From the NCBI GenBank assembly GCA_027482685.1, contig JAIXVU010000001.1, forward strand, positions 11-64,010: a stretch of DNA of 64,000 nucleotides, written 5' to 3'. Shown piece after piece: positions 36,074 through 45,267 of the stretch; the first letter of the stretch is position 1; each line of letters begins with the position of its first letter. The notes under the pieces are model-generated. The model made no database searches and was not told the DNA's origin. It saw only the letters and a program-made list of their open reading frames with translations. A program made the position numbers and the translations under genes. Source of the DNA: a bacterium (GTDB taxonomy: Bacteria; Patescibacteriota; Minisyncoccia; Phycocordibacterales; UBA5272).

Positions 36074-37966
36074 ATGTCACTCACCGTAAATCAAATTCGC
36101 ACCAAATTCCTAAAATATATGGAAAGTAAAGGCCATGTTGTTGTTCCATCAGCGTCTCTTGTTCCTGAGAACGACGCAACAACACTTTTCACTGGTTCTG
36201 GTATGCAACCGATGGTGCCGTATCTCCTGGGACAGCCACATCCGCTTGGTGTTCGTATCACAGACTCACAAAAGTCATTCCGTTCACAAGATATCGAGGA
36301 GGTGGGAGACAATCGCCACACAACATTTTTTGAGATGTTAGGCAACTGGTCATTCGGTGATTATTTTAAAGAAGAACAAATTAGGTGGATGTGGGAGTTC
36401 CTCATTGATGAGCTTAAACTTGATCCTAATAACTTTTATATCACGTGTTTTGCAGGTAATGAGTCACTTGGCGTCAAGCGAGATACGTTCTCTGCAGAAT
36501 TATGGCAGAAGCTTTTTGCGCAGAAGGGTATTGATGCAAAAGTGAGCGATACACCAGAGAGTGGAATGAAAGATGGCGAGAAGATTTTCTACTACAATGA
36601 AAAGAAAAACTGGTGGTCACGTAGTGGAGTACCTGCTAACATGCCAGAGGGAGAACCTGGCGGACCAGATAGTGAGATGTTCTATGATTTTGATGCAACT
36701 GGTCAACAAAAGATTCACGAAACGAGTGCATGGAAGGATGTGCCGTGCCATGTGAACTGTGACTGTGGGAGATTCCTTGAGATAGGGAATAATGTATTCA
36801 TGCAATACAAGAAAGTTGCTGGAGGGTTTGAAGAACTACCACAGATGAATGTGGATCATGGGTCGGGGCTTGAGCGTTACGCAGCGGCACTACGTAATGA
36901 TCCAGATGTTTTCAATATCGACGTGTTTGATGAACCGAAGAAGATGATTGAGCGTTTGAGCGGAAAAGTATATGGTGAGTCAACAGAGGTAACCTACGCA
37001 TATCGTGTTGTGCTCGACCACATTCGTGCGGCAGTATTTCTTATTGGTGATGGAGTGTTGCCAGGGAACAAGGATCAGATGTACTTTGTACGTAGACTTC
37101 TTCGTCGCGCGGTACGATTTGCTCGTAACTTGGGCGTGCATGATAATTTTACTCGAGAAGTTGGAGCTTCTTTTATTCAAACATATAAGGTAGAGTACAC
37201 GCTGCTTGAAGAAAAGAGACAGGTGATTTTAGATGAACTCGAAAAAGAAGAGATGAAGTTCCGCAAGACTCTTGAGAATGGAATAAAAGAGTTCGAGAAA
37301 ATAGCAGATAAGAATATTAGTGGAGTAGATGCATTTAACCTCCTTCAGTCATTTGGGTTCCCAATCGAGCTTACAGAAGAGTTAGCAAAAGAACGTAATA
37401 TTACAGTTGATAGAGTATCCTTTGATGAAGAAAAGAAAAAACATAGTGAAGAATCTCGTACAGCAAGCGCTGGGAAGTTCAAAGGAGGACTAGGAGGGGA
37501 CGGTGAGATGGAGGTTAAGTATCATACCGCAACGCATTTGCTTCATGAGGTACTTCGCCAAGTGCTCGGTGATCATGTACTGCAGAAGGGAAGTAACATT
37601 ACATCAGAGCGATTACGATTCGACTTCTCTCACGGCGAGAAGATGACTGATGAGCAGAAGAAGCAAGTAGAAGATATTGTGAACAAAGTCATTGCAGATG
37701 ATTTACCTGTTCACCGCGAAGAAGTGAGTTATGATGAAGCTCGTGCACGAGGGGCAATAGGAGTGTTTGATGCAAAGTATGGCGATACGGTATCTATCTA
37801 TACCGTAGGTCGTGAGACTGGTACACGTGGTGGAGCGAATCTCTTCTCACTTGAATTCTGTGGTGGTCCGCATGTAGAGCACACAGGAGTACTCGGAACC
37901 TTCAAGATTACAAAAGAGGAGGCGGTATCAGCCGGTGTTCGCCGGATCAAAGCAATTTTATCCTAA
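36074..37966 (+). CDS. alaS: Alanyl-tRNA synthetase, C-terminally short form (630 aa)
   Basis: AlaRS catalytic N-terminus (FTGSGMQPMVPYLLG, WSFGDYFK). Editing-domain metal site HTATHLL...H and CGGPHVEHTG. Lacks the C-terminal C-Ala/DHHA1 region. Confidence 0.88.
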   Translation: MSLTVNQIRTKFLKYMESKGHVVVPSASLVPENDATTLFTGSGMQPMVPYLLGQPHPLGVRITDSQKSFRSQDIEEVGDNRHTTFFEMLGNWSFGDYFKEEQIRWMWEFLIDELKLDPNNFYITCFAGNESLGVKRDTFSAELWQKLFAQKGIDAKVSDTPESGMKDGEKIFYYNEKKNWWSRSGVPANMPEGEPGGPDSEMFYDFDATGQQKIHETSAWKDVPCHVNCDCGRFLEIGNNVFMQYKKVAGGFEELPQMNVDHGSGLERYAAALRNDPDVFNIDVFDEPKKMIERLSGKVYGESTEVTYAYRVVLDHIRAAVFLIGDGVLPGNKDQMYFVRRLLRRAVRFARNLGVHDNFTREVGASFIQTYKVEYTLLEEKRQVILDELEKEEMKFRKTLENGIKEFEKIADKNISGVDAFNLLQSFGFPIELTEELAKERNITVDRVSFDEEKKKHSEESRTASAGKFKGGLGGDGEMEVKYHTATHLLHEVLRQVLGDHVLQKGSNITSERLRFDFSHGEKMTDEQKKQVEDIVNKVIADDLPVHREEVSYDEARARGAIGVFDAKYGDTVSIYTVGRETGTRGGANLFSLEFCGGPHVEHTGVLGTFKITKEEAVSAGVRRIKAILS

Positions 37967-37971
37967 AATTA

Positions 37972-38072
37972 CTTCATCTACTTTGTCGTTACAAAACTTT
38001 TTCAGTTCAATGTAGGTTTACTACATCTCATTAAAAAAGTTTCTAGACTCCTCGTATCTAAGGCAATTTTAA
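37972..38072 (+). repeat. 3'-UTR repeat element copy C (after alaS)
   Basis: catctactttgtcgttacaaaactttttcagttcaatgtaggtttactacatctc...tatctaaggcaatttt. Hairpin tgtag-gttta-ctaca carries compensatory changes relative to copy A. Confidence 0.6.
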
Positions 38073-38098
38073 GACAAAATAATTCTTGAATAAAAAGA

Positions 38099-38127
38099 AA
38101 AACCGCCGAGAAACTCGGCGGCGGTTT
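38099..38127. terminator. Hairpin aaaccgccgag-aaa-ctcggcggcggttt
   Basis: GC stem with flanking A/T runs, 3' of the minus-strand gene 38224..38523. Confidence 0.5.
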
Positions 38128-38223
38128 GAGCAATAAGTGCTCATGATAGTTGAGGTGTCGTGACGACATCGTAGATACGAAGTAAAACGTACAAGAAAAT
38201 CGTCAAAGGAAACAGAAGGACCA

Positions 38224-38523
38224 TCAGAAGTATCTCTTTTTCACCCGCTCCCAGTCAATGAGTCCGAGCTTGTACTTCAGCCGGTACTCGATCACGATGA
38301 GGTGATAAAAGATGAAAAAGTCGACTAGGATGATGAAGCTGATGGCTTTCCAGTTCGATTCATCAAGATGCTTCCATATTGTCACTGCACAAAGGAACGC
38401 AAGTCCGAGTTTTGCAAACTGCACAAGCTCGAGCTTCTTTGTATCAGAAATCTTTTTCATGGGATCTCTCTGGTTGGTTAAGAACAACTTTTTCATAATA
38501 CATCTAATATAAAGAATAGTCAA
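38224..38523 (-). CDS. Hypothetical small membrane protein (2 TM)
   Basis: Two hydrophobic helices. Several alternative ATG starts (MKKLFL / MKKISD). Confidence 0.4.
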   Translation of the reverse strand: MTILYIRCIMKKLFLTNQRDPMKKISDTKKLELVQFAKLGLAFLCAVTIWKHLDESNWKAISFIILVDFFIFYHLIVIEYRLKYKLGLIDWERVKKRYF

Positions 38524-38555
38524 TAGTACTGCATTTTGTGATACTGTTAAAACTA

Positions 38556-38617
38556 TTAACTAGAAACAATTGGCTATCTTTATTAACTATTAACTATTAA
38601 CTATTAACTATTAACTG
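38556..38617. repeat. Heptanucleotide tandem repeat (TTAACTA) x5 plus a nearby sixth copy in a divergent promoter region
   Basis: ttaacta ttaacta ttaacta ttaacta ttaactg at 38583-38617, with another ttaacta at 38556-62. The tract ends 14 nt before the ATG of 38631..39014. Confidence 0.8.
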
Positions 38618-38630
38618 TATACTTATTCTC

Positions 38631-39014
38631 ATGAATCCATTCCTTAGTATCGCAGTTGGAGATATCGCAACACTCATTAACTATGTTGTTGATGATCATG
38701 TTATTGTGTCACACACGCATCCTATCGGGTACAAACACATAGAAGCAGATGGTATGAATCAGATAGCAGCGTCTAAATTTATTGATGGTGTACTCTACAC
38801 GCTTGAGTTCGTATCACTTCACGATAGAATACCTACACACTTTAGACTTGTATCACCGCGATATGCGATGTGGGTAGGGGAAGCTCTTGAGCAGGCATCT
38901 TATACACAGTTCTTTACTGATGGAGCACCTATAAGTGTTACACTAGAAGATACAGAAGCCGTTCCTCTTTTCTATGCAAGACATTCGCAAGCCATACACT
39001 CGTTCAAGATCTAA
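38631..39014 (+). CDS. Hypothetical protein (127 aa)
   Basis: ORF directly downstream of the heptad repeat tract. Overlaps the next ORF by 41 nt in another frame. Confidence 0.4.
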   Translation: MNPFLSIAVGDIATLINYVVDDHVIVSHTHPIGYKHIEADGMNQIAASKFIDGVLYTLEFVSLHDRIPTHFRLVSPRYAMWVGEALEQASYTQFFTDGAPISVTLEDTEAVPLFYARHSQAIHSFKI

Positions 39015-40428
39015 CCGTAATCTCTACGACAGGGTGGAGCAGTTTGAGTCGCGTCGCTATAGAGATGAAGATGAGAGACTTATTGATGATAGATACGATG
39101 ATGAGCCAGTTCGTATAGCACCGAAAGATGCACCGCGTGTTCGTCGCAATGTGGACCAGATGGAGATGTACCCGCTCAAACGTCGCTCAAGTGATGATGA
39201 GTATGAAAGAGAAGATGATAGGGATCAAGAAGAATCTCGTAGTAGTTTCTTCAATAAACGCCGTATACCAATAGATCGCGATCCTCGAACAAGGTACGCT
39301 AAGACACACTCTCTTAGAACATGGCTATTTATTCTCGGTCTTATTGTTATATGTGTGGTTGTATATATGTTCACGTATGTTTTTAATAAAGCGACAATTA
39401 CAGTTGTTCCTAAGTTTCAGGATGTTGAAGTAAAGAAGTCTGTAAACCTTTCACTTGCACCGACTGATAATCAAGTCAAGATTATTGTTGCGTCTACATC
39501 ACTTACTGCATCTAAACAGCTAGAGAAAACTGAAACCAAGAAAGTGGAAGCAAAAGCAAGTGGTAAAATTATTATTTATAACAACAACGATAGTGAGCCG
39601 CAAAGACTGATAAAAAATACTCGCTTTGAGTCTGCTTCTGGTAAAACATATCGTATTAGTGAGTCGGTAACTATTCCAGGAAAGTCAGGCGATAAGCCAG
39701 GAAGCTTAGAAGTAACTGTGTATGCTGATAGTTATGGAGCAGACTATAATACGAATCCGACAGACTTTACCATACCAGGATTTAAGGGGACACCGAGGTA
39801 TACAGCATTCTTTGGCAGGTCAAATGGCCCAATAACAGGAGGATCATCTGGTGAAGTGACATCCCCATCGATGGCAGATATAAATGCTGCAAAAGATTCT
39901 TTAGCTATGGAACTTGCTCCTAAAATTAAACAAAAGCTTCTTCAGGTAAAAGAAAAAGGATATACACCACTTTACTCAGCAGTTGAAGTAGTTTACAAAG
40001 ATAACGAAAAAGATATTCTCCAAGGTAACGCAACAACATATGAAGTTGTTGCAACCGGGTATCTTATGTTGGCTGACACCCAAGAACTTACAAAATCATT
40101 TGCAGATAGTATTCGTGATTATAACAATGAGCCATTTCGCCTAGGTAACGAAGAAAATCTAACGTACACCAAAAAAGAAGGAGATAGTGTCCTTACATCT
40201 CCATCAGTACAGGTCCTTGCTGAGGGAAGTCCTCGTATAATCTGGTCAACAGATGAAAATGAAATAAAGAAATTGTTTGCAGGTAAGAGTAAAAGTGAAT
40301 TCAAAACGCTCATGAACACCATCCCTTCAGTACAGCAAGGCGAGATATCCTTCTATCCATTATGGGTATCGACATTTCCAAAAGATGTAGAAAAGATTTC
40401 TGTTGTAGAAAAGCTACCTAAACGTTGA
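38974..40428 (+). CDS. Hypothetical bitopic membrane protein (484 aa)
   Basis: Charged Arg/Asp/Glu-rich cytoplasmic N-terminus (RRYRDEDERLIDDRYDDEP), one TM (LFILGLIVICVVVYMF) and a large extracytoplasmic domain. Confidence 0.55.
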   Translation: MQDIRKPYTRSRSNRNLYDRVEQFESRRYRDEDERLIDDRYDDEPVRIAPKDAPRVRRNVDQMEMYPLKRRSSDDEYEREDDRDQEESRSSFFNKRRIPIDRDPRTRYAKTHSLRTWLFILGLIVICVVVYMFTYVFNKATITVVPKFQDVEVKKSVNLSLAPTDNQVKIIVASTSLTASKQLEKTETKKVEAKASGKIIIYNNNDSEPQRLIKNTRFESASGKTYRISESVTIPGKSGDKPGSLEVTVYADSYGADYNTNPTDFTIPGFKGTPRYTAFFGRSNGPITGGSSGEVTSPSMADINAAKDSLAMELAPKIKQKLLQVKEKGYTPLYSAVEVVYKDNEKDILQGNATTYEVVATGYLMLADTQELTKSFADSIRDYNNEPFRLGNEENLTYTKKEGDSVLTSPSVQVLAEGSPRIIWSTDENEIKKLFAGKSKSEFKTLMNTIPSVQQGEISFYPLWVSTFPKDVEKISVVEKLPKR

Positions 40429-40471
40429 TTATAAAGACTTTTTTTGATATACTAAAACACTACCCTTACTT

Positions 40472-40684
40472 ATGGATGAAACAGATATTGCTATTGTTGA
40501 TGGCCGCGTAATAGAAGCACTACCAAGCACACTTTTTCGTGTAGAATTGGAGGATAAAAAAGCTCTTATCTGCTATCTAGGAGGTCGTATGCGAGTTCAT
40601 AAGATAAAAGTTCTTGTAGGAGATAAGGTAAGTGTTCAGCTTGATCCATACGGAGGAAAAGGGCGGATCATTAAACGTTTATAG
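40472..40684 (+). CDS. infA: Translation initiation factor IF-1
   Basis: S1-like OB fold (GRVIEALPSTLFRVELEDKKALICYLGGRMRVHKIKVLVGDKV). 70 aa. Confidence 0.92.
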   Translation: MDETDIAIVDGRVIEALPSTLFRVELEDKKALICYLGGRMRVHKIKVLVGDKVSVQLDPYGGKGRIIKRL

Positions 40685-40783
40685 GATTACTAATTTTTTA
40701 AGATTATCTTTATAAGACAGCTTAAACCTTCACTGCTTGCATATATCCTAAGAATATAGTACAATTACACCCACATTTCTCAC

Positions 40784-40897
40784 ATGAAAGTACGATCATC
40801 AGTAAAAACAATCTGCTCAAAATGCCAAATGATTAAACGCGGTGGTGTTCTCCGTGTTATCTGTGAGAACCCTAAGCATAAGCAAGCTCAAGGATAA
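40784..40897 (+). CDS. rpmJ: 50S ribosomal protein L36
   Basis: Not in the supplied ORF track because it is under 60 aa. Translates to [37 protein letters not shown], with the L36 C-x2-C...C-x-H zinc ribbon. Canonical position between infA and rpsM. Confidence 0.85.
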   Translation: MKVRSSVKTICSKCQMIKRGGVLRVICENPKHKQAQG

Positions 40898-40942
40898 GTA
40901 ATCCAGCCTCAATTCTACTACAGAAATTAATAATCACTTTAT

Positions 40943-41323
40943 ATGCGTATCTCAGGTATTACACTCCCAGAAAATAAGCGTCTCGAAATTGCACTCACTG
41001 CAGTGTATGGTGTAGGGCGACCACGCGCACTTGAGATTATCAAGAAGATTGGTCTTGATGCTGGGATGAAGACAACTGAGCTTACTGCCGATCAAGAGAA
41101 TCTTATCCGTCGAGAAATTGAACTTTTCAAAACAGAGGGAGACCTGAAGCGTGAAGTTCAGCAGAACATCAAGCGTTTAAAAGATATCAAGGCGTACCGA
41201 GGTATTCGTCACCTTCGCCATTTACCAGTTCGTGGACAGCGTACAAAGACTAACAGTCGTACCGTCCGTGGTAACGTACGTCGTACGATGGGAAGCGGTC
41301 GTCGTAAGGCAGAGAAGACCTAA
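40943..41323 (+). CDS. rpsM: 30S ribosomal protein S13
   Basis: MRISGITLPENKRLEIALTAVYGVGR...YRGIRHLRHLPVRGQRTKTNSRT. Confidence 0.95.
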   Translation: MRISGITLPENKRLEIALTAVYGVGRPRALEIIKKIGLDAGMKTTELTADQENLIRREIELFKTEGDLKREVQQNIKRLKDIKAYRGIRHLRHLPVRGQRTKTNSRTVRGNVRRTMGSGRRKAEKT

Positions 41324-41357
41324 AAACTAACTGGTTAATTTATATACACAAAACATT

Positions 41358-41792
41358 ATGGGAAAAAAACGTATCGTAAAAAAGAATAGTTCTGGAGTAG
41401 ATACCGCTCTTAAGGCTCGTTCACTAGCAAAAGTTCTCAAGAAGAAAATTGTACAAGGGACTCTTTATGTAGAATCTACTTACAATAATACACGTCTTTC
41501 ACTTTCTGATAAAGACGGTAATATCCTTGCGTGGTCATCTTCAGGCGCGCTAGGATTTAAGGGTGCTAAGAAGGGGACTCCATTTGCAGCATCAAAGATT
41601 GGTGAACTTATTGGAGAAAAAGCTCAGCAAGCAGGACTTAAGGAAGTCGGAGTAGTGGTGAAGGGTGTAGGATCAGGACGTGAGTCTGCTATCCGCGGTT
41701 TCTCTACATTTGGAGTAGAAATTGTTTCTATTATTGATAAGACGCCGGTTCCACACAATGGTCCAAAGCCTCGTAAGCCACGTCACGTATAA
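41358..41792 (+). CDS. rpsK: 30S ribosomal protein S11
   Basis: GTLYVESTYNNTRLSLSDKDGNILAWSSSGALGFKGAKKGTPFAA...VKGVGSGRESAIRG. Confidence 0.95.
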   Translation: MGKKRIVKKNSSGVDTALKARSLAKVLKKKIVQGTLYVESTYNNTRLSLSDKDGNILAWSSSGALGFKGAKKGTPFAASKIGELIGEKAQQAGLKEVGVVVKGVGSGRESAIRGFSTFGVEIVSIIDKTPVPHNGPKPRKPRHV

Positions 41793-41797
41793 CATTT

Positions 41798-42418
41798 ATG
41801 AGTAGAATTACATGTAAAACTTGCCGCCGACTTGGAGAATCACTTTGTGGTCGAGCTAAATGCGCGTATATTAAGCGACCATATGCCCCAGGAAAGCTTG
41901 ACTCTGATCGTAAGCATCGTTCATCTGTATCTGAATACGGTGAGCAGCTCCGAGCAAAACAGAAGATGCGTATTACATACGGTCTTATGGAGAAGCAGTT
42001 TGCTTCATACGTAAAACTTGCTACAGCAAAGCATGAGACTACAGAAGGAGCGGTATCATCTGGTCTTAAGCTCGCACAAATCCTTGAGTCACGTCTAGAC
42101 AACATGGTGTATCGTGCAGGATTCGCTAATACTCGCGCTCTTGCTCGTCAACTTGTATCTCATGGACATATTCTTGTTAATGGTCGTCGTATTAACGTAG
42201 CATCTCACAAGCTTCGCGTTTCAGATACTATCGCTATACGTGAGGGTAGTAAGGGGCTTAAAGTTTTTAGTGGTATACAAGATAAACTCACTGCACAGAA
42301 TCCTAGCTATTTAGTAGCAGTTGATCCAAAATCTCTTAGTGCCACTGTTAAAGCTCTTGCTCGCGAAATAGAACCAAACTTTGATACACAGAAGGTTCTC
42401 GAGTACTATTCACGTTAA
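41798..42418 (+). CDS. rpsD: 30S ribosomal protein S4
   Basis: N-terminal zinc ribbon CKTCRRLGESLC and the S4 domain LESRLDNMVYRAGFANTRALARQLVSHGHILVNGRRINVAS. Confidence 0.95.
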   Translation: MSRITCKTCRRLGESLCGRAKCAYIKRPYAPGKLDSDRKHRSSVSEYGEQLRAKQKMRITYGLMEKQFASYVKLATAKHETTEGAVSSGLKLAQILESRLDNMVYRAGFANTRALARQLVSHGHILVNGRRINVASHKLRVSDTIAIREGSKGLKVFSGIQDKLTAQNPSYLVAVDPKSLSATVKALAREIEPNFDTQKVLEYYSR

Positions 42419-42591
42419 TTCGTGTAAAGTGAAGTTAAGACTGCTCTTGCTGTCCACTACCACAAACTTGCATATTTTGCAATTTTACGATAGAATAGGA
42501 TAACTTTACTTATAAGAGTGCAGTACCAGTTTTTTTGTGTGAATAGTTTACTACAATTTTTATCCTACTAATTTAAGATCTTCATCTTTAT

Positions 42592-43551
42592 ATGTCTTCA
42601 CATTCTATTATTTTGCCGTCAAAGCCAAGAATTGTTAAAGAAGATGCCATCTCAGGCGTGTACGAGATTGATGGACTTTTCCCGGGGTACGGTCATACTC
42701 TTGGTAACTCACTTCGTCGTATTATTCTTTCTTCTATTCCAGGGGCTGCTATCACTTCACTTTCTATCGATGGTGTGAAGCATGAGTTTTCAACAATTGA
42801 TGGTATCAAGGAAGATGTTATAGCTATCATTCTTAATCTCAAAAAGACTCGCTTTAAGTTACACGGTGATGACACACAAAAAGCAACACTTCATATCAAG
42901 GGTGCAAAGACTATTACTGCAAAAGATATCACTCTCCCAACACAGCTTGAGATAATGAATAAGGATCAGTATATTTGTGAGTCTACTGCTAAGGATGTTG
43001 ATATTGCTATCGAACTGACTGTAGAGAAAGGGCTAGGATATGTTCCACGTGAGGTTCTTCAAAAAGAGAAAGCTGATATTGGCACCATTGCCCTTGATGC
43101 ATCGTTTACTCCTATTCGTCGTGCTAGTTACGAGGTAGAGAATATGCGTGTAGGCGACAGAACTGATCATAACAGACTTCGTGTATCTATCGAGACCGAC
43201 GGAACAATCACTCCACACGAAGCTCTTGAAGATGCAATACATACTATGATTAACCAGCTTCAGTCAATTGTTGGATTCCGTGCTGAAGTTATCGAAACAT
43301 CTACCGCTCCAGCTATTGCTGATGTATCATCAGATACCGCAGATACAACAGACGCTAGTAAAGTTAAAGTAGAGGATCTAGGGTTATCAACCCGTACAGA
43401 AAATGCCCTTGTATCAGCTGGGGTTCGATCAGCGGGTGGTCTTACACGTAAGTCAGAAGCAGATTTACTTTCTACTGACGGACTAGGCGAGAAAGGTATA
43501 GATGAGATTAAGAAGGCTCTCTCAGATCTTGGTCTGACTCTTAAAGCATAA
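42592..43551 (+). CDS. rpoA: DNA-directed RNA polymerase subunit alpha
   Basis: N-terminal dimerisation domain (GHTLGNSLRRILLSSIPGAAIT) and C-terminal CTD (LGLSTRTENAL). Confidence 0.95.
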   Translation: MSSHSIILPSKPRIVKEDAISGVYEIDGLFPGYGHTLGNSLRRIILSSIPGAAITSLSIDGVKHEFSTIDGIKEDVIAIILNLKKTRFKLHGDDTQKATLHIKGAKTITAKDITLPTQLEIMNKDQYICESTAKDVDIAIELTVEKGLGYVPREVLQKEKADIGTIALDASFTPIRRASYEVENMRVGDRTDHNRLRVSIETDGTITPHEALEDAIHTMINQLQSIVGFRAEVIETSTAPAIADVSSDTADTTDASKVKVEDLGLSTRTENALVSAGVRSAGGLTRKSEADLLSTDGLGEKGIDEIKKALSDLGLTLKA

Positions 43552-43609
43552 GCAATAATCAAGCTAGCAACTATCAGAAAATCGTGCTATAGTAGAACAC
43601 TACAAGGAT

Positions 43610-43963
43610 ATGAAACATCATAAATCATTCAGAAAATTCGGAAGAGAGAAGAACGAGCGTAAGGCGTTTGTTCGTGGACTCCTCGTTAACCTCATTCGTC
43701 ATGGACGCATTGAGACTACTCTTGCACGTGCAAAAGAGATTCGTCCACATGTAGAGAAGCTCGTTACTCTTGCAAAAGAAGACACTGTACCACGACGTCG
43801 TCTAGTGATGTCTCGTATCATGAATCAAGATATTGAAACGGGGAAGCTATTCTCTGAATATGCTCCTAAGTATAAGAACATTGCAGGTGGGTACACTCGT
43901 ATCCTTAAGCTTCCAACACGTATCTCAGATGGCGCTGAGAAAGCTATCATCGAATTTGTATAA
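43610..43963 (+). CDS. rplQ: 50S ribosomal protein L17
   Basis: MKHHKSFRKFGREKNERKAFVRGLLVNLIRHGRIETTLARAKE. Confidence 0.93.
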   Translation: MKHHKSFRKFGREKNERKAFVRGLLVNLIRHGRIETTLARAKEIRPHVEKLVTLAKEDTVPRRRLVMSRIMNQDIETGKLFSEYAPKYKNIAGGYTRILKLPTRISDGAEKAIIEFV

Positions 43964-43973
43964 TTTACACGCT

Positions 43974-44327
43974 ATGACATCAACCACACACACAATCGAC
44001 GCAACAGATAAGGCACTCGGACGCTTAGCATCAGAAGTTGCCGCACTACTTAATGCAAAAAATAGTATTCACTTCGTAAAGAATCGCGTAGCAGATGTTA
44101 CTGTTACCGTTAAGAATGCATCAAAGGTAAAAGTAACAGGTAATAAGATGAAGGAGTCTGTTCACAAGTCATATTCTGGTTACCCAGGAGGATTAAAAGA
44201 GATGCCTCTAAGTTATGTTGTTGCCAAGAAAGGATACAGTGAAATTATCAAGCATGCAGTATATGGTATGCTTCCAAAGAATAAGCTTCAGGATATTCGT
44301 ATCAAGAATCTCATCATTGAGGAGTAA
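43974..44327 (+). CDS. rplM: 50S ribosomal protein L13
   Basis: MTSTTHTIDATDKALGRLASEVAALL... The ORF track extends upstream to 43833 across rplQ. ATG 43974 is chosen just after the rplQ stop. Confidence 0.88.
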   Translation: MTSTTHTIDATDKALGRLASEVAALLNAKNSIHFVKNRVADVTVTVKNASKVKVTGNKMKESVHKSYSGYPGGLKEMPLSYVVAKKGYSEIIKHAVYGMLPKNKLQDIRIKNLIIEE

Positions 44328-44345
44328 TTTTAATAAATATATATT

Positions 44346-44753
44346 ATGGCAACAGAAACAAAGAATCGTTATATAGAAGCAGTAGGACGTCGTAAGACAG
44401 CAGTTGCTCGTGTTCGTATCACTCCTGCAACAAAGGCATCTTTTACAGTAAACGATAAGGATGTAAAAGAATATTTTACAACACCAGATTTACAGGTTAT
44501 TGCAGAGGAAGCTATCATCAAAGGTGAGGTAGGAGAAAAGTTCTCTGTATCTGTACATGTTGTTGGAGGTGGTATCCATGGACAAGCAGAGGCTATTCGT
44601 CATGGACTATCTCGCACACTCGTACTTCGTGATGAGGAAGTTAAGAATAAGCTCAAGAAACTAGGTTTCTTGAAGCGTGATTCTCGTCAGGTAGAGCGCA
44701 AGAAATTCGGTCTCAAGAAAGCTCGTAAGGCTCCAACTTGGTCTAAGCGTTAA
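44346..44753 (+). CDS. rpsI: 30S ribosomal protein S9
   Basis: YIEAVGRRKTAVARV...GGGIHGQAEAIRHGLSRTL...KKARKAPTWSKR. Confidence 0.95.
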   Translation: MATETKNRYIEAVGRRKTAVARVRITPATKASFTVNDKDVKEYFTTPDLQVIAEEAIIKGEVGEKFSVSVHVVGGGIHGQAEAIRHGLSRTLVLRDEEVKNKLKKLGFLKRDSRQVERKKFGLKKARKAPTWSKR

Positions 44754-44757
44754 TAAT

Positions 44758-44784
44758 AAAAAACTGCACAATGTGCAGTTTTTT
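44758..44784. terminator. Bidirectional terminator aaaaactgcaca-atg-tgcagttttt
   Basis: Perfect palindrome with A- and T-runs on both sides, between rpsI (+) and 44803..45189 (-). Confidence 0.75.
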
Positions 44785-44802
44785 TGTTATTATAATTTTT
44801 GT

Positions 44803-45189
44803 TTATCTTTTTCCAGCCTCTAGAATCGGAATGCCTGCTTCTGTTGGGACATAGATAACTTCTTTTGCTTGATCTTTCATATTGTTGATCCAGAGATAAC
44901 GTAAGTAGGCTTCGTTGCCTTTAAGTGAGTTACCAATAATAGCGTTTGCTTTTGCTACACCTTCAGCGCGTGTTACTTCTGCTTGCGCTTCGTACTTCGC
45001 ACTTTCATTTTTTGCTTCAGCTGTTGCTATGGCTACTTGCTTTAAGTATTGCTGAGCAGCAAGCTCGTTCTTTGCATTAAGTAATGCTTGATAGCGATTA
45101 AATGCTGGTAGTCCGAAGAATATCCCAATGATAATAACCACCACACCGAGAGACATAAATACTATTGTTGATGTTTTTCTTGTGTTCAT
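44803..45189 (-). CDS. Small membrane-anchored protein with SPFH/band-7-like C-terminal helix (128 aa)
   Basis: N-terminal TM (IVFMSLGVVVIIIGIFFGL) then an Ala/Glu-rich helical region (AEAKNESAKYEAQAEVTRAEGVAKANAII) reminiscent of prohibitin-type proteins. Family assignment is tentative. Confidence 0.4.
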   Translation of the reverse strand: MNTRKTSTIVFMSLGVVVIIIGIFFGLPAFNRYQALLNAKNELAAQQYLKQVAIATAEAKNESAKYEAQAEVTRAEGVAKANAIIGNSLKGNEAYLRYLWINNMKDQAKEVIYVPTEAGIPILEAGKR

Positions 45190-45267
45190 ATGGGTATGAG
45201 TATAGCATTTTAGGAAAATGGGTGGCGCTCTAGAGTATCTTTCATTTATAAGATTTTCTGGTAGGAT

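Noticed and set aside
38556-38617. Tandem heptamer tract as a possible CRISPR array
   Set aside because: The 7-nt unit has no spacers. It is a microsatellite, not a CRISPR.
40685-40783. Possible additional small gene or RNA between infA and rpmJ
   Set aside because: 99 nt of AT-rich spacer with no ORF and no conserved structure. Treated as intergenic.
43833-43973. Upstream extension of the rplM ORF overlapping rplQ
   Set aside because: Overlaps the 3' end of rplQ in another frame. L13 homology begins at the ATG at 43974.
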